Assembly (NCBI GenBank): GCA_044357675.1
Contig: JBIKPC010000001.1
Span: 1-36,995, forward strand
Direction: 5' to 3'
DNA: 36,995 nt
Source of the DNA: Candidatus Planktophila sp.
Lineage (GTDB): Bacteria > Actinomycetota > Actinomycetes > Nanopelagicales > Nanopelagicaceae
Shown: positions 20,898-29,963 of the stretch, piece after piece
Layout of the letters: the number at the start of each line of letters is the position of its first letter
Position numbering within the stretch: position 1 is the stretch's first letter
The notes under the pieces: model-generated
Told to the model about the DNA's origin: nothing
The model's input: the letters and a program-made list of their open reading frames with translations, nothing else
Databases searched by the model: none
Program-made: the position numbers and the translations under genes

Positions 20898-22192
20898 CAG
20901 CCCTCCTCAGGCGTGGTTTCCGTCACTTCAACCGCCTCAGGTACAGGCAGCGGCTCCTTTTCCAGCAGGGCAGCAGCAAGTGCCGGGGCTACAAGGGCTA
21001 TCTGCCATTGGCGAGCACCTAGCTCGGTTAATGCTTGTTCAACGGCAGCAATCGACAGAGTTTCTGTGGAGCCGGTCGGAGCTTTCCAACAGACACGTCG
21101 AACATGTTCTGGCGTTATCAAATTTTCTACTGGTATTTCATTGTCGTGCGCTATTACTTCAATTGCAGCACGAGCATGTGAAAGTGGTGCGTACTTTTCC
21201 GGAAACTTATCCCGCCACAATTTAATCGGCGGCAATGTGTCGGCATTTGTGCGCATGGCTGGCCATTGATCTTCAGGTAAGGCAATAGCGGCAGAGACGC
21301 AACTAAGCCACAATGGCAAATTTTCTAACCAACGCGCCCTTAGCCCCAGAGGGCGTAGCGCTTTTTCAAACTCTTTTTTGGTAACAGCGGCTGCAATTGC
21401 AAGTTCTACAATTGCTGTGTCATTAAGTAATTTACCTGCTGCAATATCTTGTGAAGAAGCAACTCGATCGCGCGCAGTCCACAACTCCCTGATGATTGCT
21501 AATTGATCACGACGTTTAATTTTATGCATCCCTGATGTGCGTCTCCAAGGATCAACGCGAGGGGGAGCCGGCGGTGCATTCAGAATAGATGCAAACTCTT
21601 CTAAGGCCCACGGCAGTTTCTTTGACTTCTCTAAAATTAGGTTCATGCGATCCCGAAGTTCTACAAGTAGTTCAACATCTAATGCTGCATATGTCAGCCA
21701 TTCTTGCGGCAATGGACGTGCAGACCAATCCGCAGCACTATGTTCCTTTGCTAGTGAAACTCCCATGAGCGTTTCCAAGAGCGGACCCAGTCCAACACGT
21801 GGCAAACCAGCGATTCTGCCTGCTAATTCAGTGTCAAAGAGGCGAACTGGATTTATGCCCAATTCACGCAGGCAGGGTAGGTCTTGGGTACTGGCGTGCA
21901 AAATAACTTCATCAGTGTTTAACAAAGCATTGAGTTGCACAAACAGCTCATGGCCGGGTCCAAAAGGTATTGGATCGATCAGGTGCAATCCGCCATTGTG
22001 TCTTTTAATCTGGATTAAATAAGCACGTGCGCTGTACCTAAAGCCTGATGCTCTTTCTGCATCTACTGCAAATGGACCGTGACCCTGCGCCAACTGTTTC
22101 AAGGCATCCTTGAAGCTAGATTCGGTATCGATTACCGGTGGCGTTCCTTCAGCAGGTTGTAGTAAAGGTACAGCAGTGATTTCTTCGCTCAT
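20897..22192 (-). CDS. rnd: Ribonuclease D (DEDDy 3'-5' exonuclease + HRDC)
   Basis: AVDAERASG, LHAS.QDL, FDTELA, DWSARPLP...YAALDVE. Confidence 0.93.
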   Translation of the reverse strand: MSEEITAVPLLQPAEGTPPVIDTESSFKDALKQLAQGHGPFAVDAERASGFRYSARAYLIQIKRHNGGLHLIDPIPFGPGHELFVQLNALLNTDEVILHASTQDLPCLRELGINPVRLFDTELAGRIAGLPRVGLGPLLETLMGVSLAKEHSAADWSARPLPQEWLTYAALDVELLVELRDRMNLILEKSKKLPWALEEFASILNAPPAPPRVDPWRRTSGMHKIKRRDQLAIIRELWTARDRVASSQDIAAGKLLNDTAIVELAIAAAVTKKEFEKALRPLGLRARWLENLPLWLSCVSAAIALPEDQWPAMRTNADTLPPIKLWRDKFPEKYAPLSHARAAIEVIAHDNEIPVENLITPEHVRRVCWKAPTGSTETLSIAAVEQALTELGARQWQIALVAPALAAALLEKEPLPVPEAVEVTETTPEEG

Positions 22193-22194
22193 GA

Positions 22195-22773
22195 TTAATT
22201 ACGACGTGCAGAAGAAATAGCAGAAACGCCTTCAGGTACGGGCGGTAATCCCGCTACCTCTGAAATTAAGTTGCACCAACTTTCAATATGTTTCATTAAT
22301 TCTTGAGGCTCGGTGATGATAGGAGTCCACGAAGCTCGAATTTCAATTTCAGCATCATCGTTGCGCGGCGAAAGTTTTCCAAAAGAGGCGCTGGATACTC
22401 GGGTCACGGTTCCACTAGGTGCGTTAAATACACACTGATTTCTTTCTAGTGATTCTAGAAACCAGCTCCAGCCCACTTCAGGAAGCAGCGGATCTTCTTG
22501 CATCACCGGATCTACATCTGCGCTAACAAAGGTGACGCAACGAAACTCGCCATCCCATGTGGCCTGTCCACCTGGTTCGTGCAGCAGTACGAAGCGACCA
22601 TTCGCCACTTCATCTTCCTCATCTGCAACTAAGCCATTTGATACATCTGCAGAGAATGCAAAAGAAAATGTTGCTAATTTTTGAGGAGCAGGGACTTCGA
22701 TGAGTGTAACTTCTGACCGCGGCGTAAAAGTGCGAAGGTGATCAACTAATCGCTCAAAAGCATTCGCATCCAC
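22195..22773 (-). CDS. DUF3000 family protein
   Basis: PAPQKLA, GRFVLLHEPGGQ..W.G, PSGTVT, EIRASWTP; conserved upstream of rnd in Actinobacteria. Confidence 0.88.
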   Translation of the reverse strand: MDANAFERLVDHLRTFTPRSEVTLIEVPAPQKLATFSFAFSADVSNGLVADEEDEVANGRFVLLHEPGGQATWDGEFRCVTFVSADVDPVMQEDPLLPEVGWSWFLESLERNQCVFNAPSGTVTRVSSASFGKLSPRNDDAEIEIRASWTPIITEPQELMKHIESWCNLISEVAGLPPVPEGVSAISSARRN

Positions 22774-22833
22774 TGTCTAAGAATAAAGAATTAATACTGC
22801 ATTTTATGGGAGGCGGGGCTGTAACCTTACGCA
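22774..22833. promoter_or_regulatory. Divergent leaderless promoter pair (minus TATTCT 22785-22780; plus TAACCT 22822-22827)
   Basis: Each hexamer lies 6 nt from its start codon. Confidence 0.6.
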
Positions 22834-23673
22834 ATGGCTTCGTTACTGGCACTTCTATCAAGTGCAATGTGGGGAACCGCTGATTATTTTGCCGGGCGTC
22901 TTAGCAAAAAACATCATCCATTTGCAGTTCTGGGTTTTTCTCAAGTTATCGGCCTCTTTGTCGGAATTTTAATTGTGGTTGTTTCGGGAAGCTGGCAAGG
23001 AAAAGTATTGGGTCTCGATGGATTTTTGATTCCTGGCGCACTTGCCGGAATCTTTGGCTATATCGGACTTGCCTGTTTGTACGAAGGGCTATCAACTGGT
23101 CGAATGGGAGTTGTATCTCCGATCAGTTCTTTAAGTACTGTAATTCCCTTGGCCTATGCACTGATTACAGGTGATGTTCTTTCGACAATTACTTTAGTTG
23201 GCGTAGTGATTGCATTGATCGGTGTCTTTTGTGCAAGCGGACCAGAACTGTCTCAAGGTTTACCAATAAAGCCACTTCTTCTTGCTCTAGGCGCAGCGGC
23301 TGGTTTTGGTTTAGCGTTGACTTTCTTAGCTATTGGTTCGCAAAGCAGTGCTTTGTTAACCATGGTCTCGATGAGAGCCGCGACATTCTTTGTCACCATC
23401 TCATTAGCCATTAAATTCAAGACGACTGGAAATTTCAACAAGAAAGACATGCCAGTTCTTATTTTTATTGGAGCAGCAGATTTCCTTGCCAACTTGCTTC
23501 TGGGAATTGCTTGCACGAAGGGACTTGTATCTGTAGCAATGGTGTTTGGTTCTCTGTATCCAATTGCAACAGCCGTACTTGCGTTTAAGTTCTTAAATGA
23601 GCGGCTACACACAGTTCAGTACATCGGAATAGCACTTGCGGTGACTGGAGTTTCTATTATTTCAGCCTTTTAG
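22834..23673 (+). CDS. EamA/DMT family transporter
   Basis: About 10 hydrophobic helices in two repeats; WGTADY, G.MGVVSPI, SLYPI...LNERL. Confidence 0.88.
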   Translation: MASLLALLSSAMWGTADYFAGRLSKKHHPFAVLGFSQVIGLFVGILIVVVSGSWQGKVLGLDGFLIPGALAGIFGYIGLACLYEGLSTGRMGVVSPISSLSTVIPLAYALITGDVLSTITLVGVVIALIGVFCASGPELSQGLPIKPLLLALGAAAGFGLALTFLAIGSQSSALLTMVSMRAATFFVTISLAIKFKTTGNFNKKDMPVLIFIGAADFLANLLLGIACTKGLVSVAMVFGSLYPIATAVLAFKFLNERLHTVQYIGIALAVTGVSIISAF

Positions 23674-24161
23674 TTCCACGCTGAATAGAAGGTAGTGCCA
23701 TCAACTTCTCGAGATTCGCAATTTTTAAAGCGTGCTAACAATTCTTTCCAATCAATTCTGTTGTCACCGCCCGTTGCAGGTGTAACGCTAAGTTCGATTC
23801 GTTCCAAAACATTGTGTTCAATTAAATCGTTGATTAACGAAATCCCACCCTCAATCAAAATTGTGGGACCAAACTGCGCGCGCGCTTTTTCGACAGCTTG
23901 AACCGGGGAACAATTCCACAACAGGGCGAGATGATTTCCTTGTACGGGATTTACCAGTGAGCGAGAAACCACAACCAGCGGCACGGGGGTTCGGTTGTAC
24001 GGCTCGTGGCGGGCGGTATTTCCACCAATGATGATGCAATCAACCTCGCGGCGGCGTTGCAGAAAAACTTGGCGATCAGATGCCGAACTAACCCCGGCCG
24101 ATCGGCTTTCCTTTGAGGTAGAGCCGTCCGCGCCGACTACAAGTGTTGCAACGATGCTCAC
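23670..24161 (-). CDS. RibD C-terminal / dihydrofolate reductase-fold protein (pyrimidine reductase-like)
   Basis: DG.T...SS.SD..F..RR..D.IIIGGNT.R.E and LIEGG motifs; no deaminase domain. Confidence 0.75.
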   Translation of the reverse strand: MSIVATLVVGADGSTSKESRSAGVSSASDRQVFLQRRREVDCIIIGGNTARHEPYNRTPVPLVVVSRSLVNPVQGNHLALLWNCSPVQAVEKARAQFGPTILIEGGISLINDLIEHNVLERIELSVTPATGGDNRIDWKELLARFKNCESREVDGTTFYSAWN

Positions 24162-24184
24162 GGCATTAATTATTGCTCACGGCA
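24155..24184. repeat. 11-bp perfect direct repeat TGCTCACGGCA x2 (period 19)
   Basis: Copies at 24155-24165 and 24174-24184, separated by TTAATTAT. Confidence 0.8.
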
Positions 24185-24205
24185 CATAAAATTTCTCAAA
24201 GAATC

Positions 24206-24234
24206 TGTCAGTGGCAGCCTTTACCTTTGTATCT
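24206..24234 (+). promoter_or_regulatory. PafBC/RecA-NDp-type DNA-damage promoter, leaderless
   Basis: TGTCAGTG-gcagcctt-TACCTT-tgtatct-ATG, an exact fit to TGTCRG-N10-TAnnnT. Confidence 0.75.
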
Positions 24235-24408
24235 ATGATCATCGATTGCACTACCTGCACCATGGCTACGATCGCCTGCAACACATGTGTCGTGGCCTTT
24301 TTCCTCGAACCATCACGAGAAATCAGCGAGGCCACCGTCTCCGCTCTTACCGTTCTAGCTAACAGTGGATTAACCCCTCCGCTTCAATATGACGCTCGTG
24401 GAGCCTAG
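24235..24408 (+). CDS. 57-aa Cys-rich conserved actinobacterial hypothetical protein (IDCxxC-x6-CxxCVV), putative metal-binding
   Basis: MIIDCTTCTMATIACNTCVVAFFL...L.VLANSGLTPPL; start supported by promoter geometry. Confidence 0.75.
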   Translation: MIIDCTTCTMATIACNTCVVAFFLEPSREISEATVSALTVLANSGLTPPLQYDARGA

Positions 24409-24483
24409 TTCAATCCGAATTCACAGCCTTTTTGAGCGATCTGAGGTTGAGATAGGGGTATAGGCGAGGTTAGCCTTGTGCCC

Positions 24484-25488
24484 ATGTCTTTTTCCCTGCG
24501 CATTGGTGTTGCTCTGGCGATGGTTGCCGGAGTCATAGCCCCTGTCTCGGCCAACGCCGCCCCGAGTTTGGCTCAAGTCCAAGCCAAGGTTCGTCAATTG
24601 GAAGAGGATGCAACTTCGGCGGCTGAAGGTGCGCAAGAAGCAAAGGTTAAGTTGGCTGGCCTGACAAAGACTCTCAATGGAATAAAAGCGAAAGCTCAAA
24701 TCCAAGGACAAACAGTGTCTACCTTGCAGCGCTCGTTGGGGACGATAGCAATTGAGCAGTATAAATCTGGCGGATTTGGCCAAAGCTTTGAACTCCTCTT
24801 TTCCAGTGATCCAACCTTGTACCTTTCATCGGCAGGATCCTTAGAAGCAATCACCCGCAGAAAGTCTGCACAACTGCGAAAGTTTGAAGCTGCGCAGCAG
24901 CGTTTAAATGCAACCACACTTACTGTCAATGACAAGATCGCTCTTGTAGCAGCAGCACAGAAAAAGTTGGCGGCGCAATCTGCAATTGCTCTAAGCAAAT
25001 TGGCAGAGGCTGAAAAGTTGTTATCGAAACTGACAAAAGCAGAACGTGAACGATTGGCAAAATTAGCTGAAGATGAGGAGAATGCCGATCAAGCTTCATC
25101 ATTGAAAGCGGCAAAAAGTGCAAGTGGAGTTTCGGGGCGTGCAGGCGTGGCTCTCAAGTACGCATTGAAACAAATTGGAGATCGTTACGTTTTTGGAGCC
25201 GCTGGAATGGTCACGTGGGATTGTTCTGGTCTAACTATGCGCGCCTATCAAGCCGCTGGAGTTTCCTTGCCCCATTCATCGGCTGCGCAATCTCGAATGG
25301 GTAAAAAGGTTTCCTTTAGTTCTTTAAAGCCTGGTGATCTTTTGTTTTATGGTCGACCAGTCTCGCACGTTGGAATTTACATGGGTGGCGGCAAAATGGT
25401 GCACGCACCCCGTTCTGGCTCGCGCGTAAAGGTTACGGGCAGTGGGTCTCTTGGAAGTAAGCCATTGGTTGGAGCCCGCCGTTTCTAA
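24484..25488 (+). CDS. Secreted NlpC/P60 peptidoglycan endopeptidase with coiled coil (RipC-like)
   Basis: Signal peptide ending ANA, long coiled coil, WDCSGL, LPHSS..Q, PGDLLFY..SHVGIY.G.G..VHA. Start at 24484 lies 7 nt after -10 TAGCCT. Confidence 0.9.
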   Translation: MSFSLRIGVALAMVAGVIAPVSANAAPSLAQVQAKVRQLEEDATSAAEGAQEAKVKLAGLTKTLNGIKAKAQIQGQTVSTLQRSLGTIAIEQYKSGGFGQSFELLFSSDPTLYLSSAGSLEAITRRKSAQLRKFEAAQQRLNATTLTVNDKIALVAAAQKKLAAQSAIALSKLAEAEKLLSKLTKAERERLAKLAEDEENADQASSLKAAKSASGVSGRAGVALKYALKQIGDRYVFGAAGMVTWDCSGLTMRAYQAAGVSLPHSSAAQSRMGKKVSFSSLKPGDLLFYGRPVSHVGIYMGGGKMVHAPRSGSRVKVTGSGSLGSKPLVGARRF

Positions 25489-26620
25489 TCAACTTCTGTT
25501 TGTCACCAATGACTTTGGTCCACGAGCAGGTGGCATTGAAACTTTTATTATTGGATTAATTCAACGGCGCCCTTTTGGCACCACAATTGTTTATACATCT
25601 TTTCAAGATAATTCAGAGCAATATGATGCCGACTGGATGACTAACTACGGTGTACGCGTGATCAGAGATCGCACAAAAATTCTTTTGCCGACACCAAGGG
25701 TCGCCTTTCACCTGCGCGCTATTGTTAAGAGCGAAGGTATTACAACTGCAGCATTTGGAGCTGCAGCCCCGCTGGGTCTTTTGTCTGCCAGCATAAAAAG
25801 TGCTGGTGTTAAACGAACCGTGGCACTTACTCATGGGCATGAAGTCTGGTGGGCGAAAGTATTTCCATTCAATCTCTTACTGCGAAGAATTGGTTCAACA
25901 GTTGATGTGCTTACATACTTGGGGGATTTCACTCGCAACGCCATTTCGCAAGGCATTAGCGCTAAGGCGCATCGATCTATGGTGAAGATCGCTCCTGGAA
26001 TAGATGTTGATCACTTCATTCCAAGGGATGCATCAGCACTTCGAGATTCATTAGGTATCGCACATAAGAAAGTAATTGTTTCTGTTGGGCGTTTAGTTCA
26101 TCGTAAAGGTCAAGATCGCTTGATCGAAGCTATGCCAGAAATTCTTAAGAGTGTTCCCGATGCGCACTTATTGCTCATTGGGGAGGGACCATACCGAGAA
26201 CACCTTCAGAAATTGGTACACAAACACCGTCTAGAAAGTTCTGTAACTTTCATTGGCAGAATCCAATACAAAGATCTGCCGATGTATCTGTGTGCTGGCG
26301 ATGTATTTGCAATGCCCAGCCGCTCGCGTTTGATGGGTCTTGAAGTTGAAGGACTTGGAATTGTCTATCTAGAAGCTAGTTCTTGTGGTTTACCAGTTTT
26401 GGCAGGAAATTCCGGGGGAGCACCCGATGCGGTTGTGCAGAACGAAACCGGACTGGTTGTTGATGGAACAGATGATAGACAGATTGCAGCTGCTGCCATT
26501 GAATTACTAAGCGATAGCGCTGCCGCACAATTGATGGGTGTAGCAGGGCGTCAATGGATAGTTGAAAATTGGCGCTGGGAGATCTGGTCTAAAGATTTTG
26601 AGGATTTACTAAACAAGTAA
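25469..26620 (+). CDS. GT4 glycosyltransferase, phosphatidylinositol mannoside mannosyltransferase PimB'-like
   Basis: VTNDFGPRAGGIE, THGHEV.W, RLVHRKGQD, EGLGIVYLEAS. Exact start uncertain (25442-25469). Confidence 0.85.
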   Translation: MEPAVSNQLLFVTNDFGPRAGGIETFIIGLIQRRPFGTTIVYTSFQDNSEQYDADWMTNYGVRVIRDRTKILLPTPRVAFHLRAIVKSEGITTAAFGAAAPLGLLSASIKSAGVKRTVALTHGHEVWWAKVFPFNLLLRRIGSTVDVLTYLGDFTRNAISQGISAKAHRSMVKIAPGIDVDHFIPRDASALRDSLGIAHKKVIVSVGRLVHRKGQDRLIEAMPEILKSVPDAHLLLIGEGPYREHLQKLVHKHRLESSVTFIGRIQYKDLPMYLCAGDVFAMPSRSRLMGLEVEGLGIVYLEASSCGLPVLAGNSGGAPDAVVQNETGLVVDGTDDRQIAAAAIELLSDSAAAQLMGVAGRQWIVENWRWEIWSKDFEDLLNK

Positions 26621-27205
26621 TCCACGTTCTCGGGCGATTGCTAATGCCTGAACCCGGTTTTCTGCCTCTAATTTTCGGAAAATAGATGAGATATGAGTCT
26701 TCACGGTGGAGACCGAAATGTATAAATGTGTAGCAATTGATGTGTTGCTCCAACCAAGATTGATTGATCGCAAAATATCTAACTCTCTCGCTGTCAATCC
26801 AGAATCGGTACCGACCTTAAATATGGTTTTACTGCTAAATGAGGTTGGACTAGATAGTGCAAAATCAATCGCCGCAAGTAGATCAGACAGGGGTGCATTT
26901 TTGACGATGAATGCATTTGCACCAGCATTCTTCGCGGCCCTTAAATAATCTGCTCCGTCATTAAGCGTTAGTACGATAATTGCAATGGTTGGCGATATTG
27001 TGCGCGCCCACGTCACTAGTTCAAATCCGGATCCGTCTGGCAGGTTGATATCAATGATGATTGCATCCGGGTTTGTTTGCGCAATATAGGCATGGGCTTC
27101 ATTGATAGAACCTGCTACAGCAACAACTTCATAACCATGTGACTCAATCGCAGATTTCAACCCATGACGTACAACGGCATGGTCATCAACGATCATTACC
27201 TTCAT
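26609..27205 (-). CDS. NarL/FixJ family response regulator (REC + LuxR HTH)
   Basis: VDDH, phosphoacceptor DINLPD, conserved T and K, LTARELDIL...SVSTVKTHISSIFRKL. Confidence 0.93.
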   Translation of the reverse strand: MKVMIVDDHAVVRHGLKSAIESHGYEVVAVAGSINEAHAYIAQTNPDAIIIDINLPDGSGFELVTWARTISPTIAIIVLTLNDGADYLRAAKNAGANAFIVKNAPLSDLLAAIDFALSSPTSFSSKTIFKVGTDSGLTARELDILRSINLGWSNTSIATHLYISVSTVKTHISSIFRKLEAENRVQALAIARERGLLV

Positions 27206-27207
27206 TG

Positions 27208-27681
27208 TTACCCTTCTAAAGGCAGCTCAATGTTTATTGTTGTCCCTAGTTGGTTTGAGTCAATACGGATATCCCCATTGATCTGTGTGATTCGTTCCTG
27301 TATGCCGAGCAGGCCGAAGCTACCTTCTTTGCTGTGTGCGCCTCCTATGCCATTGTCAGTAATCTGAATGGACAAGAGCGATGCTTGCGAGTGCTCGGAA
27401 ACATTCCGAAGAATCTCTGAAAGCACGCGCAATAGTTCGTAGTTGAAATCTGCTCCTTCAGTTTCAGAAATCAAATCGGAGGCAGAGCGCAGTTCATGAA
27501 TTTCTAGCCTTACTTTATTGATCAATTCTGTAATTGAAAATCGGAGGTGACGTAATGATTCTCTAATTGTTTGATCCGAAGTTGCAGCAATTAATGAGTC
27601 AATGGAAAAGCCCAGGCCTACAAGGTCCTGGGCGATTCCATCATGAAGTTCCTGAGCGAGTATTACCTGCCGATCGGTCAT
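27208..27681 (-). CDS. Minimal sensor-less HisKA_3 histidine kinase
   Basis: H box ELHDGIAQ, N box EILRNVSEH, G1 DNGIG, G2 GSFGLLGIQER, G3 GTT; no TM or sensor domain. Confidence 0.8.
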   Translation of the reverse strand: MTDRQVILAQELHDGIAQDLVGLGFSIDSLIAATSDQTIRESLRHLRFSITELINKVRLEIHELRSASDLISETEGADFNYELLRVLSEILRNVSEHSQASLLSIQITDNGIGGAHSKEGSFGLLGIQERITQINGDIRIDSNQLGTTINIELPLEG

Positions 27682-29468
27682 TTAGTAAATAATGCCTCGA
27701 TCTCTTGAGCAAACTCCTTTGCAACTACGTGGCGCTTTATAGAAAGCTTTGCAGTTAAATGACCGCCAGCAATAGTGAAGTCCACGGGAAGAATTGTGAA
27801 CTTGCGAATTGATTCAGCTTTACTTACCGCTTTATTCGCCTCATCAACTGCAGTTTGAACAACGGCGATCAAATCAGGATCATTAATTAAATCGTTGATT
27901 GATGCACCATCCTTCTTGTGGTTTGCGACCCAGGCTTTAAGAGCATCTGGATCAATAGTCACTAGCGCTGCGATAAATGGTTGGTTATCTCCAACCACCA
28001 TGCATTGGCTAACCAATGGATGAGAACGTAAACGATCTTCTAGAACTGCTGGAGCAACATTTTTTCCACCCGCTGTCACAATGATTTCCTTTTTGCGACC
28101 AACGATGTAAAGGAATCCTTCATCATCAAGTTTTCCTAGGTCTCCGGACTTGAACCAACGCTCACCATCAAAGACTTCAGCATTAGCGGCCTCGTTTTGC
28201 CAGTATCCCTGCATCACGATTGGTCCGCGAATAAGAACCTCGCCATCATCGGCAATCTTGATTGAAGTACCTGGGATTGGCTTTCCAACCGATCCAACAC
28301 GGTGTGCACCGTACAAATTAAGAGTTGCGCCAGCTGTTGTTTCAGTTAATCCATAACCTTCCAGAATTGTTACTCCGGCACCGCGATAGAAATGTCCAAG
28401 TCGGACACCGAGTGGCGCACCGCCTGAAATAGCAGCCTCTACATTTCCACCCATACCCGCACGAAGCTTGCTGTAGACCAGCTTGTCAAAGAGGGCGTGC
28501 TTAAACTTTAGAACTGGCGACATGCCCTTCTTATCGAGTGCTTCAGAGTAAGCAATAGCAACATCTGCTGCTTTCTTGAAGATCTTTCCTTTACCGGCTG
28601 CCTCTGCGCGAGCTTCTGCTCCGTTGTAGATCTTTTCAAAGATACGAGGCACGGCTAACACGAAAGTAGGTTTAAAGGAAGCTAGATCCATTGGTAAACG
28701 TGTTACTGGGTCACTGCAATGTGCCAAATGTAGACCAGATGCAATTGCTCCAATTTGAACCATGCGACCAAATACGTGCGCGACTGGAAGGAACAACAGT
28801 GTTGATCCGCCAGGCTTTAGAAATAGTTCACTTGCGCCTTGCGCAACGTTTCCAGTTTCTGAAAGGAAATTAGCATGCGTTAACTGAACGCCCTTTGGCT
28901 TTCCAGTTGTTCCTGATGTGTAGATCAAAGTTGCGAGTGATGAAGGAGTAACCGCATTACGGCGACGATCGATTTCATCATCACCAATGTGTTTTCCAGC
29001 CTCGCGCAAGATTGCCAATACATCATCTGTCATCGTCCACACATGACGGGTGTGAGATGGTAAAACTGTTTGAACTAGATCACGAAGTGCAGGAGTTTCA
29101 ACAATAATTCCCACGGAGTGTGAGTCATTGAGGATCCAATCGATCTGTTCTGCAGAGGATGTGTCGTAGATAGGTACTACGACGGCACCTGCATACCAAG
29201 TTGCAAAATCTAAAATCGTCCATTCATATCGTGTGCGCGCCATGATTGCGACACGATCTCCAATTTGAACTCCGGCTGCAATTAATCCTTTGGCAGTTGC
29301 GCGAACTTCTTCATCAACTTCGCGCGCGGTTACGGCTTGCCATCCCTCGCCCAAGGGACGAGACATGGTGATGCGCTCTGGTTCAAACCAGGCGCGTTCA
29401 GCGATCAAATTGGTGAGATTTCCGGCTGTAGCAGCGGGAACAAGAGGAGGGATTGTGATTTCATTCAT
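27678..29468 (-). CDS. fadD: Long-chain fatty-acid--CoA ligase (FadD15-like)
   Basis: YTSGTTGKPKG, EGYGLTET, SGDLG, GRKKEIIVTAGGKNV. Confidence 0.92.
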   Translation of the reverse strand: MNEITIPPLVPAATAGNLTNLIAERAWFEPERITMSRPLGEGWQAVTAREVDEEVRATAKGLIAAGVQIGDRVAIMARTRYEWTILDFATWYAGAVVVPIYDTSSAEQIDWILNDSHSVGIIVETPALRDLVQTVLPSHTRHVWTMTDDVLAILREAGKHIGDDEIDRRRNAVTPSSLATLIYTSGTTGKPKGVQLTHANFLSETGNVAQGASELFLKPGGSTLLFLPVAHVFGRMVQIGAIASGLHLAHCSDPVTRLPMDLASFKPTFVLAVPRIFEKIYNGAEARAEAAGKGKIFKKAADVAIAYSEALDKKGMSPVLKFKHALFDKLVYSKLRAGMGGNVEAAISGGAPLGVRLGHFYRGAGVTILEGYGLTETTAGATLNLYGAHRVGSVGKPIPGTSIKIADDGEVLIRGPIVMQGYWQNEAANAEVFDGERWFKSGDLGKLDDEGFLYIVGRKKEIIVTAGGKNVAPAVLEDRLRSHPLVSQCMVVGDNQPFIAALVTIDPDALKAWVANHKKDGASINDLINDPDLIAVVQTAVDEANKAVSKAESIRKFTILPVDFTIAGGHLTAKLSIKRHVVAKEFAQEIEALFTK

Positions 29469-29521
29469 GGGGCAACGCTAGCGTGAGCAATGTGGAAAGG
29501 TAAAGAGGGTAATCTTGCGCC
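29469..29521. promoter_or_regulatory. Divergent leaderless promoter pair (minus TAGCGT 29480-29475; plus TAATCT 29510-29515)
   Basis: Each hexamer lies 6 nt from its ATG. Confidence 0.65.
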
Positions 29522-29959
29522 ATGAGCGAATTCAGCAAATCCACAATCAGTATCGATGCCCCACTATCCGCCGTTCAGGAGGCGCTTTTCGCCTTAGACA
29601 AGTACCCCGAGTGGTCGACCCAGATAAAGTCAGCCGAGGCGTTAGCCCGCGATGATCAGGGGCGCATTACAAAGGTAAAGATGAGTATCGATGCAGGAAT
29701 GATGAAAGATCGCCCGACTTTGGATTACGACTGGAGTGGTGCGCCGAGCAAGCTGAGCTTCTCATTAGATGAGGCAGATCTTTTAACGGGCATGGATGGA
29801 ATTTATTCTTTCAAGAGCATTGACGAAGATACAACTGAGGTTACATACGAATTAGAAGTTTCACTTTCGATGCCGATTCCCGCAATGATGCGACAGAAAG
29901 CAGAGAAGGCAACGATTGATGCAGCGTTGTCACAACTCAAAACTCATTTAGAGGGTTAG
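29522..29959 (+). CDS. SRPBCC/START-like (polyketide cyclase) protein
   Basis: YPEW..I...E, G.Y, T.VTYEL.V, C-terminal helix; conserved beside fadD15 and glkA. Confidence 0.85.
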   Translation: MSEFSKSTISIDAPLSAVQEALFALDKYPEWSTQIKSAEALARDDQGRITKVKMSIDAGMMKDRPTLDYDWSGAPSKLSFSLDEADLLTGMDGIYSFKSIDEDTTEVTYELEVSLSMPIPAMMRQKAEKATIDAALSQLKTHLEG

Positions 29960-29963
29960 TTTT

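Noticed and set aside
24464-24482. IdeR/DtxR box (AGGTTAGCCT)
   Set aside because: Only half the dyad matches, and TAGCCT is better explained as the -10 hexamer.
24409-24483. c-di-AMP (ydaO) riboswitch upstream of the NlpC/P60 gene
   Set aside because: Only 75 bp are available, no consensus elements were seen, and the gene looks leaderless.
27670-27700. Programmed frameshift fusing FadD to the histidine kinase
   Set aside because: No slippery heptamer at the junction; an ordinary ATGA overlap explains it.
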